A stretch of 64,000 nt of DNA from Camelus ferus (taxonomy: Eukaryota): assembly GCF_009834535.1 (NCBI RefSeq), contig NC_045713.1, positions 13,578,001 to 13,642,000 of the forward strand, written 5' to 3'. This document shows, piece after piece, positions 30,571 through 41,900 of this stretch (position 1 is its first letter; each line of letters opens with the position of its first letter). Below the pieces are notes generated by a model. The model was not told the origin of the DNA, ran no database searches, and saw nothing but the letters and a program-made list of their open reading frames with translations. The translations under genes were made by a program, and so were the position numbers.

Positions 30571-33500
30571 AAAGTTAAATTTGGGAATTTCAGAATCTGT
30601 CTCTCCACGTTCCTTCCCTCTTCCCCAGGATGCCTGAATTGCTCCTCCACTCTGCCTCCACCCTGCCTTGCTATCAGACACCAGCCCCAGCTACCCACTT
30701 GCTCCCTCCTTTGTGACCCAGGGATAGTGGGTTCCCCTCTCTGAGCCACATGGTGAAAAGTTTCTTTGGGGCCCTAAAAGAGACTGGCCATGGGGACACA
30801 GGGTGGGTGGCTTTCCTTGTGCCCTGAGAGGATGGTTCACCTCCTGCCTCATCTGGTCACACCTCCTCTGTCCAGAGGAAATAGGTGTGAGCAAGTCCCT
30901 TCTGCCCAGCCTGACCTCCCCGGGGGCCCCTTGGCTTTGAAGGCTTGGCATGGCCTAATTTCAGTTCCCCTTTCACCTCGTCCAGACCCCTCGCCCAGGC
31001 AGGATGGCCACACAGAGGTCCATCTGCTCAGCCTCCTTAGGACAGCCGTCAGATATGCAGACAAGTCAGGTCTGATGTGGTGGCTGGCCAGGAGGATGGA
31101 GAATTTGAAAAAGGAGGTGAGCTGAGCTGCTCAGGCTGCTGAACCAAGTAAATACTGTCCCTGGGGGAGACGACAAGGAGGGCCAGAGCAGAGGGGGACA
31201 GACAGGGCAAGTCTAGAGAAGGCATCTTAGGGAGCAAGGTAATGGTGGGAGGACACAGCCTGGCCTCACAAATCCATGACCCAGCTACCCAGCTATGTCT
31301 GTATCTCCTTCACAGACTGTAACGCTTTCTCTGTGGGTGATTCTGATCGCCATCTATCTCCTCCACCCACCCATGAGCTCTGCAAGGACAGGATGGGTCC
31401 ATCTTGATCCCTTCTGTGGCTCTGTGCCTAACCACGCTGAGTGCTTATGAATGTCTGTTGAGTGACTGAGTGACCAATTCTGTGTGTGTGTCTGAGAGAG
31501 TCTAGGTGTGGAGCCCTCTCCCAAGGCCCCCTCCACCCTCTTTCCAGCCTAAGGTGAGCACCCACACACAGCCCAGGACCCCACAGGGAGCAGTGCAGGG
31601 TATACAAGCAGCTGCCCCACTCTAGAAAGTGATTAATAACACCGTGCAGTCCCACCCTCCGTGGGGGAGAGCTGGGGGAGATTTCACACATGCAGGGTTT
31701 CCAGAAACTTCCTCCTTTAGAACCACACCCTTACCCCCCCAGACCCACTCCCAGAGCCTGCTGGGATTCCTCAGAGGGGAGGGGGCCGCGGCAGAGAGTG
31801 GGGCCAGCTGTTTTTGATTTGTGTGGGGTTTTTCCACTTCAGATGCCAGATTTGCCTGAGCACATAGAGGATGCGGTTTTCTGCGGGGGAGGGGCGTCTA
31901 AGGGATGTCTACCCCCCACCCCACCCACCCACTCCTAGAGCCCAGTTCAGCCTGTAGGCAATGATGGGGTCAGGCAGCCATTACTAGGGGTGGGACACAG
32001 TACAAAGCTGACAAGCAGGAACTTTTCCGGCACTGGGAGCTGATTCAAGCTCAGCTCTACCCCTCCTAGCAGGTGACCCCGGCAGGTATCCAGCCCCAGG
32101 AAGACCCAGAACCCAGAGCCCCAGGCAGAGCATCATGGGACAAATGCCTTGAACTCTGCCCTGCTCCCTGCCAGACCCCTCCCTAAGCTGCAGGCTTCCT
32201 TCTCTGACCACAAGATCTTCAAAATTGACCCCCACCCCATCCTCGGAGAACATTCTTGTCCCCTACACTGGTCACTGCTGCCCTTCCTCTGATGCCAGCT
32301 GCCCTGTCCTCCCCCAGCCTCCAGACACACACCAGGGGCTCCGGTCTCAGAGATAGGGACCCAAGAAAAATCCACACTCCTGAGATTAAGGGAGCAAAAG
32401 TCCACTGCAGATGGAGGTGAAAGGGAGAGCCCAGGGCAACAGACAGACTGCATCTCAGGGAGCAGAGCCCACAGGGCCCTATCTCCTCTCTGCACCAGCC
32501 TCTAGCAGTGCGGGTGCCAAACCCTTTGAAGCCAAGAGTAGCTTGTAAATGTCCTGGTTGGAGATGAAACATGATAAGACATGAAGCCAGGGGCTGAACC
32601 ATGGATAATCTCCAGGGTTTTACAAGGAAAAAATCATGCCTAGAGACAGGTGCTGGCAGGGTGGTGAGGGCTGGGGTGGATGGCGCTTATCTGCAGGTAA
32701 CCCTCAGCACCGTCCCCAGCAGCCTCCCCTTCTGTCCGCTACCGGAGGCCCAGCAACTGTCCTCCCTGTGCTTCTTGCCCTTAAGCTCCTGAAGCAGAGC
32801 CCTAGTGCCCAGGATCAGAGTAGACTGGCAGGTGGTTCTGGGGTTCCTGCATCCCCCAGGCCACGGATACACTCATGTAGATGCGTGCTTCGCTCATCCT
32901 GAGACTGTACGACACCTACAGGGGGAGTGGGCAGAAGGCAGAACAATTGGATGCACATTCAGCTGATGCTACATGTGCAGCCCAGGAGACCCACAGTGCC
33001 TCCTGGGGAAGGAGAGAGCCACTGCGACAGAGCAACCAGGAAAGGCTTCTGGAAGGATTCCGGCAGGACATGTTGCGAGAGGATAAGGAAGAAGGAATAG
33101 CAAACTCTGGGAGCCAGGAACACAGGAGCATATTTCTAGAACGGAGTCTGGCTGGCCTAGAGTCCCAGGTGCAGGCGTTTGGGTGCAGCGGGTGTAGGTA
33201 ATAAAAACAACAAAGTTGTTAAATAAATAACACAGCTAAAATTAACACAGATAAGTAAAACAGCTATTATTTGTGGAGTGGGAAATCAAGCTGGAGGGGG
33301 CATTCTCCTGAACCTTAGCAAGCAGAGCCTGTGGGAACCACTGAAGGAAGTGACCTTGGTCTGATTATTACTTTGCAAAGATCACCTTGGTTGGGACAGG
33401 TAGGAGCTGTCACTTGTCGGGGAGAGAAGTGGGCAAAGATGCGTAGGAGCTGGAACTTCAGGACTTGATGCCCCTGGAGTGGGCCAGGGTGGCAGCAAGT

Positions 33501-33649
33501 AAAACGTAGGCGTGAAAGGGCCACAGCGAGGGAAGGCCGGGGGCACCAGTAGGGTGGGTCCCATCCATCTGCCCTGAATAAGGGGCTTGGGCTTGGCTGG
33601 AGCTGGGAGGTTCCTGCCTCCCCCCCCAACCCAGCTCTGTCCTCCACCA

Positions 33650-34330
33650 GCTGACTGCTGACGCTGACGGCGGCGGCAGCGGCGGCAGAGGCACCTTGGG
33701 CCTCGACTGCTTTCCTTGCACAGGTCACTTTCTCGAAGCCCATCAAATGGGCCCCCACCACCAACACCACCACCAACGGCCCCCACATCCTCGGAAGCCA
33801 GGAGGCCTCAGCTTGTGTGCCGGCACTGGCATGTTGGGCGCCAGCGAACTAGGTAGGCAGGGGACGCCGGCTCTGACCACTGGATGCCCCGGGGAAGCCG
33901 GGCCGGGGCTCGGGGCGGTGCTAGGGCTGGCGGGGAGGAGGGGAGTGCGGGGGAGGGGCCAGTGGGTCGGGGTGGGGCTGGGGCGCGAGGGGCGTGAGGG
34001 CCGCGAGGGGGCTCCGAGTCCGGCTGGGATCCGGGCGCGGGTGGGGAAAGGAGTGGGGGAGGGGCGGGGCATGGGAGGCGTGGAGCTGCTGGAGCGCAGG
34101 GTGGGGCTGGGGTGCGAGAACCCGGCCCGGCAGCGGGGATCACGGGTGGTGCGGCGTGAGGCCCGAGCCGAAAGCAGGGAATCGCCCAGGCCATTGGAGC
34201 TGTAGCCACAGCGCCCCCGGCGGCGCCTCGGGGAACTGCAGCCCCGCTGGGACCCGCCCCAGCGCAGGACCCCATAGAGCAAGCGCGGCCCCTGCTGGTG
34301 GATCCTGCACTCCGTCCTTGCGCCCGGTCC
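33650..34330. promoter_or_regulatory. Orphan CpG island with a CTCF-like motif
   Basis: CpG-dense, G-rich block unattached to any recognised gene start; 34285-34298 reverse complement CCAGCAGGGGCCGC, one mismatch to CCAGCAGGGGGCGC. Confidence 0.65.
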
Positions 34331-36479
34331 CAAGGGCTGGGACCTTGAAGACCTGTGGACTCAGAAGGGGGGTCATCTTACGGGGTGGGGGCACAGTGTG
34401 CATATCTCTCTTACCAGGGCCTCGTATGGGGTGGGGGCATGGTGGCTGACTTGGCGGTGAACTTCGAGTCTGGGCGTCCCCTTCCACTTGCCAGCCCTGC
34501 CCACATGCATGCTGGGGGTCAGAGGGTCCTGGGACCTACCCACGGACCTGCCTCAGGCAGTACCCCCACCAGAATCATGGCTCTTCCTGGCACTTATCAC
34601 TCAGAAGAAAGGAAAACCTTGAATGAACGAAAGTCCCAAGCGTTGTCAATTCACTCACTTGTTCTGCGTTTATCCAGCCCTCCTTTGAGCTGGCCCCTGC
34701 CTCCAGGCTGAAGATCAGCAGGGCCCCAGACAGATTCCTTCTTTCTCCCACCGGTCCCTGGCCCAGGGTGCCCTGTCCTGCCTGACTTGGTGTTAGCAGA
34801 GCACCAGGAGTTGTCTGCACCTGAATGCAACCCCTGGCTTGAAAGACTATCTTGGAGGCTCCACCTGTCAATGAAGGGGGCACTGGAGAGGGGCAGAGAG
34901 CCTTTTGTTTCTGAAGAAGGAAGTGGAGCTGCAGGCTAGAGGTTATGGTGTAACCCAGCAGCGGGGAAGGGGAGGTGACATTATTTCACCCTGCCCCTGG
35001 CAGAGACCCTGCCCATGGCCATCCATTTCCCGGCTCCCGATGTGAGAGGACCTTGGAGTCCTGGGGCTCACCCTGCTCACTGCACTCTCTCCAAGGACAC
35101 TGACTGCCAGCTGCCACCCTCCAGTTAACCAGGATGTACAAATGACTGTGGGCCGCTGGGGTGCAGGCAGCCAGGCATTGCTCCTCACAGATCCCCTATC
35201 AGTCTGACCTTCCCCACACTGGCCCATCTGGGCACCCCACTACAGGTCTGAGCCCAGAGAGGCAGCCTAGGGGCACGGCCTGAACACAGTGGCTTAATTT
35301 GCAAGAGGAGGCTAGCCTGCTCTTGGGCCAAGTTCACTCTCAGGGACACTCTGGGCCAGGATGCAATGCTGGGAGAGGTGAGAAAAGTCCAAGGTCCATC
35401 CTGGCCCTAGGGCGCAGAGGTTCCTGCTCATCACTCAGCTGGCTCCCTCCCCACCCCTGGTCACCTTCAACATGCTTGCTGCCATCAGGCTAGACTGAAA
35501 AGTTGGCTGCCACCTTCACTGTTTCTCATTTGGGGTAAAGAAGAAAGGGAAGGTGTGGACAGAGAGGACCTAAGGCTAAATGGCCTCAGGCAAGTGCCTC
35601 CCCTCTGTAAGCCTCCTGTTACTCCCCTGCAGAATGAGCACCTGCCCCACTAGGGTTAGGTAGAGTGTCAGGGCAATGATGCCCATGAAGGCACACCAAG
35701 TGCTCAATCACCGCTCACCTATGGTGGGCTCGCCCTTAGTCAAAGCTGGCTGCTAGACACAGGCTGGCCTGGATCAGTGCCCCAGGGCCAGTGACAATCC
35801 TGAGTCCCAACTAGGCTCCACTTTAACTAGTGATCAGCTTGGGACACAGAGGGTAAGTTGGTACAAGCTGGAGTAATGGGGTGGGGAACCCATTCTCAGC
35901 AACCCCAGGGGATTTTCTAACAGCTGCAATCATTGCTGGCCCCCAGCAGGGCAGAGATGGAGATGTTTTCTAGACAAGGAGGCTGCCCCACTGTGGAGAG
36001 AGGGCAAGCAGCAGGAAGCCCCTCCTGAAAGGCGCTCCTCCACATCAGCCTACTTGGTGTTGTCAATGCTGACCATCCCCCAATCCCACTCACCACTTAC
36101 CTTCCTCTGCTTGGTGTCAGGGATCTAATCCACAGAGCACCGTGCACTCCGAGCCCATGCATCTATGTCATCCTCCTGCCCCCTACCCCCCACCATGGCT
36201 TTCCTGTGCTCTCACACAACAAGGAGACAGACTGGGTTCCACAGACAGAGGAAGGTTCAGTGCTCTGCCCAATGTAACAAAGTGAGCCGGAGGCCCACCA
36301 AGGCCCAGCAAGTGAGCCAGCAGCCCCTGCACAGGCCAGTGACCTCACGGCAGCACAGAGACCTCTAGCCTTGGCAGGGGATCAGGGGAGGGGAAATGAG
36401 AAGGCTGAACAGGCCCACAGCACTAGCCTCTCCCTCCTCCCTCCCCAGCCACGCCAATCTCATCTGACCACCTTTGCCT

Positions 36480-37700
36480 TCACACCTGCAGGCTCCCCTC
36501 TACCCGATGTAGGGATGCTCCCAGTTGCTGAGTCTGTGTCTTCCAATAAGGCATTTGGAATTGAGAAAATAACCACGAGGTGGGGTTGGGGACTCACGAG
36601 ACCCACTGTGAGACAGACCTGAGCTAAAAACTCCATTGACTACCAGACCTCCATAAGCCCCTAATCTGACACAGTTACATTTGTGTCTCCTCGAATTGGT
36701 ATCAGTCCAGAGCCAGTGTCCAGTAGTCCCTGAAATGTCTGATTATTTCCTTTTCCCCAGTGTACACTCACCCTGGCATGGGTCACTCTGGGGAAGGCTA
36801 GGAGAAAGACAAACCATCTAAATGTTTGGAAGTAGAGCAGGGTCCTTCCTCAAGGGATCCCACCTCTGGTTCATTGAAGAGTTTCTGGACACGTAAACTG
36901 ACTCAAGCCTGCAAATTGATTGAGGGGTCATGACTCTGTATTTATGAGTCAAGTTGGACTCATTCACTTGACCTAAAGCTCTTCTGCATATATAGATAGA
37001 GGGAATTCAGCAGGCTTCCAATCTATCTCACTTCTAGGAGCACCCTGTTCGACTGGCCAATGCTGGAATTCTCTTTGAGTAGGACTATTCTGATAGCTGT
37101 TTGGACCTTGCTGTCCATCACAGTGAGAACACCTCCTTGCCTTTGGTCCTTGAGAGCCACCACTTTGCCCAGCCAGCCTGGGATCCTATGACCCCCTATG
37201 CATTTCAGTCCCCAAGTCAGTATCAGCCAGTCTCACGTAATTTCCGGCTTACAGAGAACAGTGATCACAGAGCTCTTCTATGATGCCGCAAACTTATCCC
37301 TCTCAATCGTGGTGAAAGGTGTGCTCTCTGGATTCTCCCAGGTGGGTGAGTGGGTCCTAAGAGACAAATCCACACTAACATTCCCGTCTCCCTAAGCCTT
37401 TGAACCCCTCCCTCTATTAAACCAGGCAGGTCTGGCATTTCAACTCATTCAGTGTCGGCCAACCAACCAAACTTAGAGCCCTTCCTGATTCCCCAAGCTC
37501 TGTCATTAAATCTAGAATCTCTGCTAATGAGCCGCTGTCAATAAACTTGACCTGATCCAACGTTATGTTCCCTCCAACCTTATCCCACCCCTTATTATCC
37601 ATACCAACACACGTTCCCTGGGTTTCAGTCAAAATTAATCGGGGAAATCGTGTAGCTCTTTTGGAGTATAGCACACCTCCTAGTGGGTCTCGCTCTGCAC
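36480..37700 (-). mobile_element. ERV-L internal remnant (gag and protease), degraded
   Basis: Minus-strand peptides GWDKVGGNITLDQVKFIDSGSL (ERV-L gag-like, ~37520-37590) and VSVHWGKGNNQTFQGLLDTGS (protease DTG at 36720-36712); stops and frameshifts. Confidence 0.8.
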
Positions 37701-37899
37701 CTCCCCCTCCAGGGCCTGGAGCAAGCCAAGTCTGCCGCCTTCTCAGGGCCTCTGCACATACTGTGGGCAGCTCCTCTCCTTGCTTCTGTCACCAGTCACT
37801 GCTGAAGTGGCACGACCCCTCCTTGGTGTCCCCTTTCTGACCGCTGGGCCTAAAGCACCAGCCCCCTAGTCAGCCCCTCCACATAGATCTAACATCTCA

Positions 37900-38075
37900 C
37901 TCTGCTACAATTACACACAGTCCTTATCTTCATCTGGCGTGAACTTACTGTCTCCTCAACTACACCTCAAGATCTTTAGGACAGGTCCCATCTGTCTTGT
38001 TCACGCGTGCATCCCCAGGGCTGTAGCCAGAACCTGACATTGAACAGAGGCATGCTCAATAAATATTTGTGGGAA
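37900..38075 (+). mobile_element. L2 3' end
   Basis: ggacaggtcccatctgtcttgttcac ... catgctcaataaatatttgt. Confidence 0.7.
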
Positions 38076-38167
38076 AAGTGAAACAGCTGGGCAAAGGCTG
38101 ACCCTTGGGTCCTGGCATCCCTGACAGCAAGCCTGTTAATAAAGACAGCAAGCCTGGGTTCCATTTG

Positions 38168-38173
38168 TTTATT
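38168..38173 (-). terminator. MSRB1: Poly(A) signal of MSRB1
   Basis: tttatt on +, ~800 nt past the stop and downstream of the SECIS. Confidence 0.65.
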
Positions 38174-38467
38174 GATCTCCTCCTGATGACCCTACAGAGG
38201 ATTCAAGATAGGAGGGGGCTTTACCCACCCTCCCCAATGGCAGGAGCCTCAGAGCAGGTGCAGTAAGGCATGGGCACTGTATCCTGGGAAGGGGTGAACT
38301 GTAGTCTGTGAGCTCCAGGCTCCCCAGCCTTGCACAATCAAGGTAATGGAGCAACAACTGCTTTCCTAAGCCCAAGTGAGGCAAGCAGTTTTCACACAGA
38401 TTGGGCAACAGGGTTCAGGATTTCATAACTGAGACACCAGGGATCTGTCCCCTCTGCCTGCTCCCCG

Positions 38468-38538
38468 AGCAGGTCACGATCATCACCACTCTGGCTGCCA
38501 GGAAGGGTTTCACCAGAGTGAATCATGGAGTGACAGTC
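38468..38538 (-). promoter_or_regulatory. MSRB1: SECIS element in the MSRB1 3' UTR
   Basis: Minus strand gtcac-tcc-ATGA-tt-cactctggt-g-AAA-cccttcctggca-gccagagtg-gt-GATG-atc-gtgac: AUGA/GA quartet (38526-38523, 38484-38481), AAA loop (38510-38508), 9-bp helix II, gtcac/gtgac helix I. Confidence 0.92.
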
Positions 38539-38966
38539 TGGAGCAGCCAGCTGGGGCCGCCTCTGTTTGCATTCTGTCTCCCAACACAGCCTGGGGGAGG
38601 TGGGCCAGAGCCATTTCAGAACTGGGCCCCCCAGGGGTGAGTCCAGACAGGCAGGGAGGGGGCTGAGGAGGAGAGAAGGTTGGGGGTGCACCATCATTCA
38701 AAGATGAGCCGGGCCTAAAGCCCACTCCCTGAGACCCCTGTGTGAACAGGAGGCCAAGATGAGCTGACGGCGGGGCCCTCCAGGCCCATTCTGGCAGCCT
38801 TTTCCCAAGGAGAGCCTGTTCACAGCCAAGGCCTTGGGAGCCTTCCCGATGTTTCAGCTATCCACCCTCCCCCAAGCCTGAATGTCTGGGGTTCCACTTC
38901 CAAGGTGGGATGGCCAGAGTGTGGCCACGATGCGGTGTCCATCTAGGATGGATATGGGCTGCCCGC

Positions 38967-41900
38967 CTACTGTCCCTGGGAGGCAGAAGTTTCTTTGCCT
39001 GGGGAGAGAAAAACAAGTCACTGCCAACTTTTGTTTTAGACACCATGCCCAGGGCTAGCCCACCCTCACTCCAGCCTGCAGGCCAGGGAAGCGGGGAGGA
39101 CCCAGACACCCAGCTTGGGGGAGTCTCTGTGCCTGTTTTGTTCCTTGAGATCTGCAGGAGAACACAGAGTCTCTTCTTTCTCCACAAGGACAGAGGAAAA
39201 ATAGCTACAAAAGGACAGAAGTATTATCAAATCCTTATCATGCATCAGCCTTTACGGACACCCTCACTTAACCCCCACAGTGACGACAGCGAGCAGGTGC
39301 TGTTTGCAACCCCATTTGACAGAGAACAAAACTGAGACTAGGGACTGGCCACAGTCCTGCGGGCGGCAAATGAGGAGAGGGATTTGAGCTACAAAGAGTG
39401 GGAAGAATTAAAAAACTAAAAATAGAGTTACCATATGATCCAGCAATCCCACTCCTAGGCATATACTCGGAGAAAACTATAATTCAAAAGATACACACAC
39501 CCCAATGTTCACAGCATCACTATTTACAATAGCCAAGATATAGAAGCAATCTAAATGTCCATCAACAGATGACTGGATAAAGAAGTTATGCTATATGTAT
39601 ACAATAGAATACTACTCAACCATAAAAAAGAATGAAATAATGCCATTTGCAGCAATATGGAAGGACCTAGAGATTGTCATATTAAGTGAAGTCAGTCAGA
39701 CAGACAAAGACAAATACCATATGATATTACGTAATGTGAAATCTAAAAAAATGACATAGATGAACTTATTTACAAAACAGAAACAGAATCACAGGCATAG
39801 AAAACAAAGGTGGGGGAGGGATAAATTAGGAGTTTGGGATTAGCAGATACAAACTACTGTATATAAAATAGATAAACAACAAGGACCTAATGTATAGCAC
39901 AGGGAACCATACTAAATAGCTTGTAATAACCTGTAATAAAAAAGAATATACATATGTATAAGTGAATCACTATGCTGTCCACCAAAAACTAACACAACAT
40001 TGTAAATCAACTATACCTCAGTTTAAAAAAGAAAAGAAAAAAAGAGTGGGAAAAGTCCAGAGGGTGGCTGGTGTACAGACAGTCGTGCAGTGAGTGTTTG
40101 TATGAGCAGGAGAGCCAAGGGCTGGAGAGGAGGCTGAGCTCAGATAAAATGCACACAAATGAAGAACAGCTCCCAAAACAAACACTGCCAACAGAAGCAC
40201 ATATTTATTGAGCTCCTGCTGCGTGCCAGACCCCAGCGCACATTAATGCAGCTGACCTCAATGGGCCTGTGAAGGAGGCTCTGCCATCATGCCCTCCACT
40301 CAAAGGAGGAACCACACAGCCCCTGGTCCTCAGCCTCTGTGCCGCCCTGCCTCCCACTCCTCAGGGGGAAGGGCTAGGCCTCCAGAGAAAACCCTTCGCC
40401 ACATCCACTCTCAGATGGCTCTTTTGGGCACACGTGATTGACAAGGCACAGGAGGCAAGACATCAACCCCTTATCCCTGCCCCACGGTCACCATTCAGTG
40501 GCCCTGGGCAGGACAGAGGCAGCATGCTTCGGTGCCCCCATGCTTTGTCACTGTAAGTAGACAAGACCAGCATGCCCCCGCCCCTGGGCCTCTCAGATGT
40601 ACGACAGGCCTTTGCCCAGCTGCCGGAAGGCAAGCTCACCTTTAGGGATGAACTTCAGCGAGCTGCTGAATATTCAGAAGCGGGACTGTCCCCGCTTGGG
40701 GCCATCATTCAGGAACTCATGGCCCAGCCCGTTGCCACACCTGCCACAGGACACCTGGGAAGACCACAAAACAGCCATGCAAACTTCTGGCCATGAAACA
40801 GCTGCAGCGGTAGTTCCCACTGCCACCAGCATGTGGTGTCCTCCCCACACCCATGTCCCAAGGTAACTGCAGGCATGAGAGGTGGAAGCCTTCCTGTTTC
40901 TCTGTTCTCCCCAGGACCCCAGGCTCTCCCAAAAGCCTGGAGTGGCAGCTCCCCTGGTTGAGGGCAGAGCCTGGAAAAGACAGACTCTAGGCCGAGAGAG
41001 CTGTTGGGAAAGCAGCAGGAAGGGGTGGCTAGCTCTTGGGCCCTCTCTGGCCAACACCCCATCAATGCATCCCTGCTGCTACCACCCACCTTTATGGCTC
41101 CAGGCCGATTATGCTCTGGACGCTTGGCCACACTGTCAGCATGGATGGTCTCGGTGAAGGCCGGCCATGGGGATGAGTGCGCATACTTGGAGCGGCTGGA
41201 GAAGAGCTCATAGCCACACTTGACACACACGTAGACACCTGGAAGGGAAGGAGAGGCAAAAGCAGAGATGCTCATGCTGGCCTCTCTGGGGCCAGCTCCC
41301 AAATCCTTAAACCCAGGAGACAGTGCCACCCCGATTGCCAGGTGGGCTGCACACCCTCCCCACGCACTCACCCACCCAGCACGCATAGGCCTGAGTATTG
41401 GCTCTGTGGGGAACACACACCACAGAGCTCACATGTAGTGTCCTTAGCATGTGCCAGAGACCAGGAAAGCCACTTTTCACACTTATCTCATGGACTCTTC
41501 TTAGCAGCCCTGTGGCACAGATGTGTTTCCCTTTTACAGATGAGGAGGCTGAGGCTCAGTGATACAAAATGCTCACCTACAGGGTGTACAGCCGGGAAGG
41601 AGCCTGGGCAGTCTGATGACGACACAGCACTGCCCCCCGCCCACAAACAGGCCCCATATGGTGGGGGCTCTGACATGGCCAGCACCACCACTAGCCCCTC
41701 TCCATTCCCATGAGGCTATCCCTGCTACTTGAAGAAGTCTTGAGTTGGACGCCCAGCCACGTGGCCTGCTCTCCAGGAGAAGAAGAATGATCCCAGCAAA
41801 AAGAGCTCCAGTACAGATGGAGGTGTCCAAGAAGACAGAGGGCCATGGAGAACAGGGTTTAACCTATCCCTAAAAGATCACTTTGAGGAGAAAAAAAAAG

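Noticed and set aside
40674-40676. Apparent premature stop / pseudogenisation of MSRB1
   Set aside because: It is the conserved selenocysteine UGA, supported by the SECIS and the intact downstream exon.
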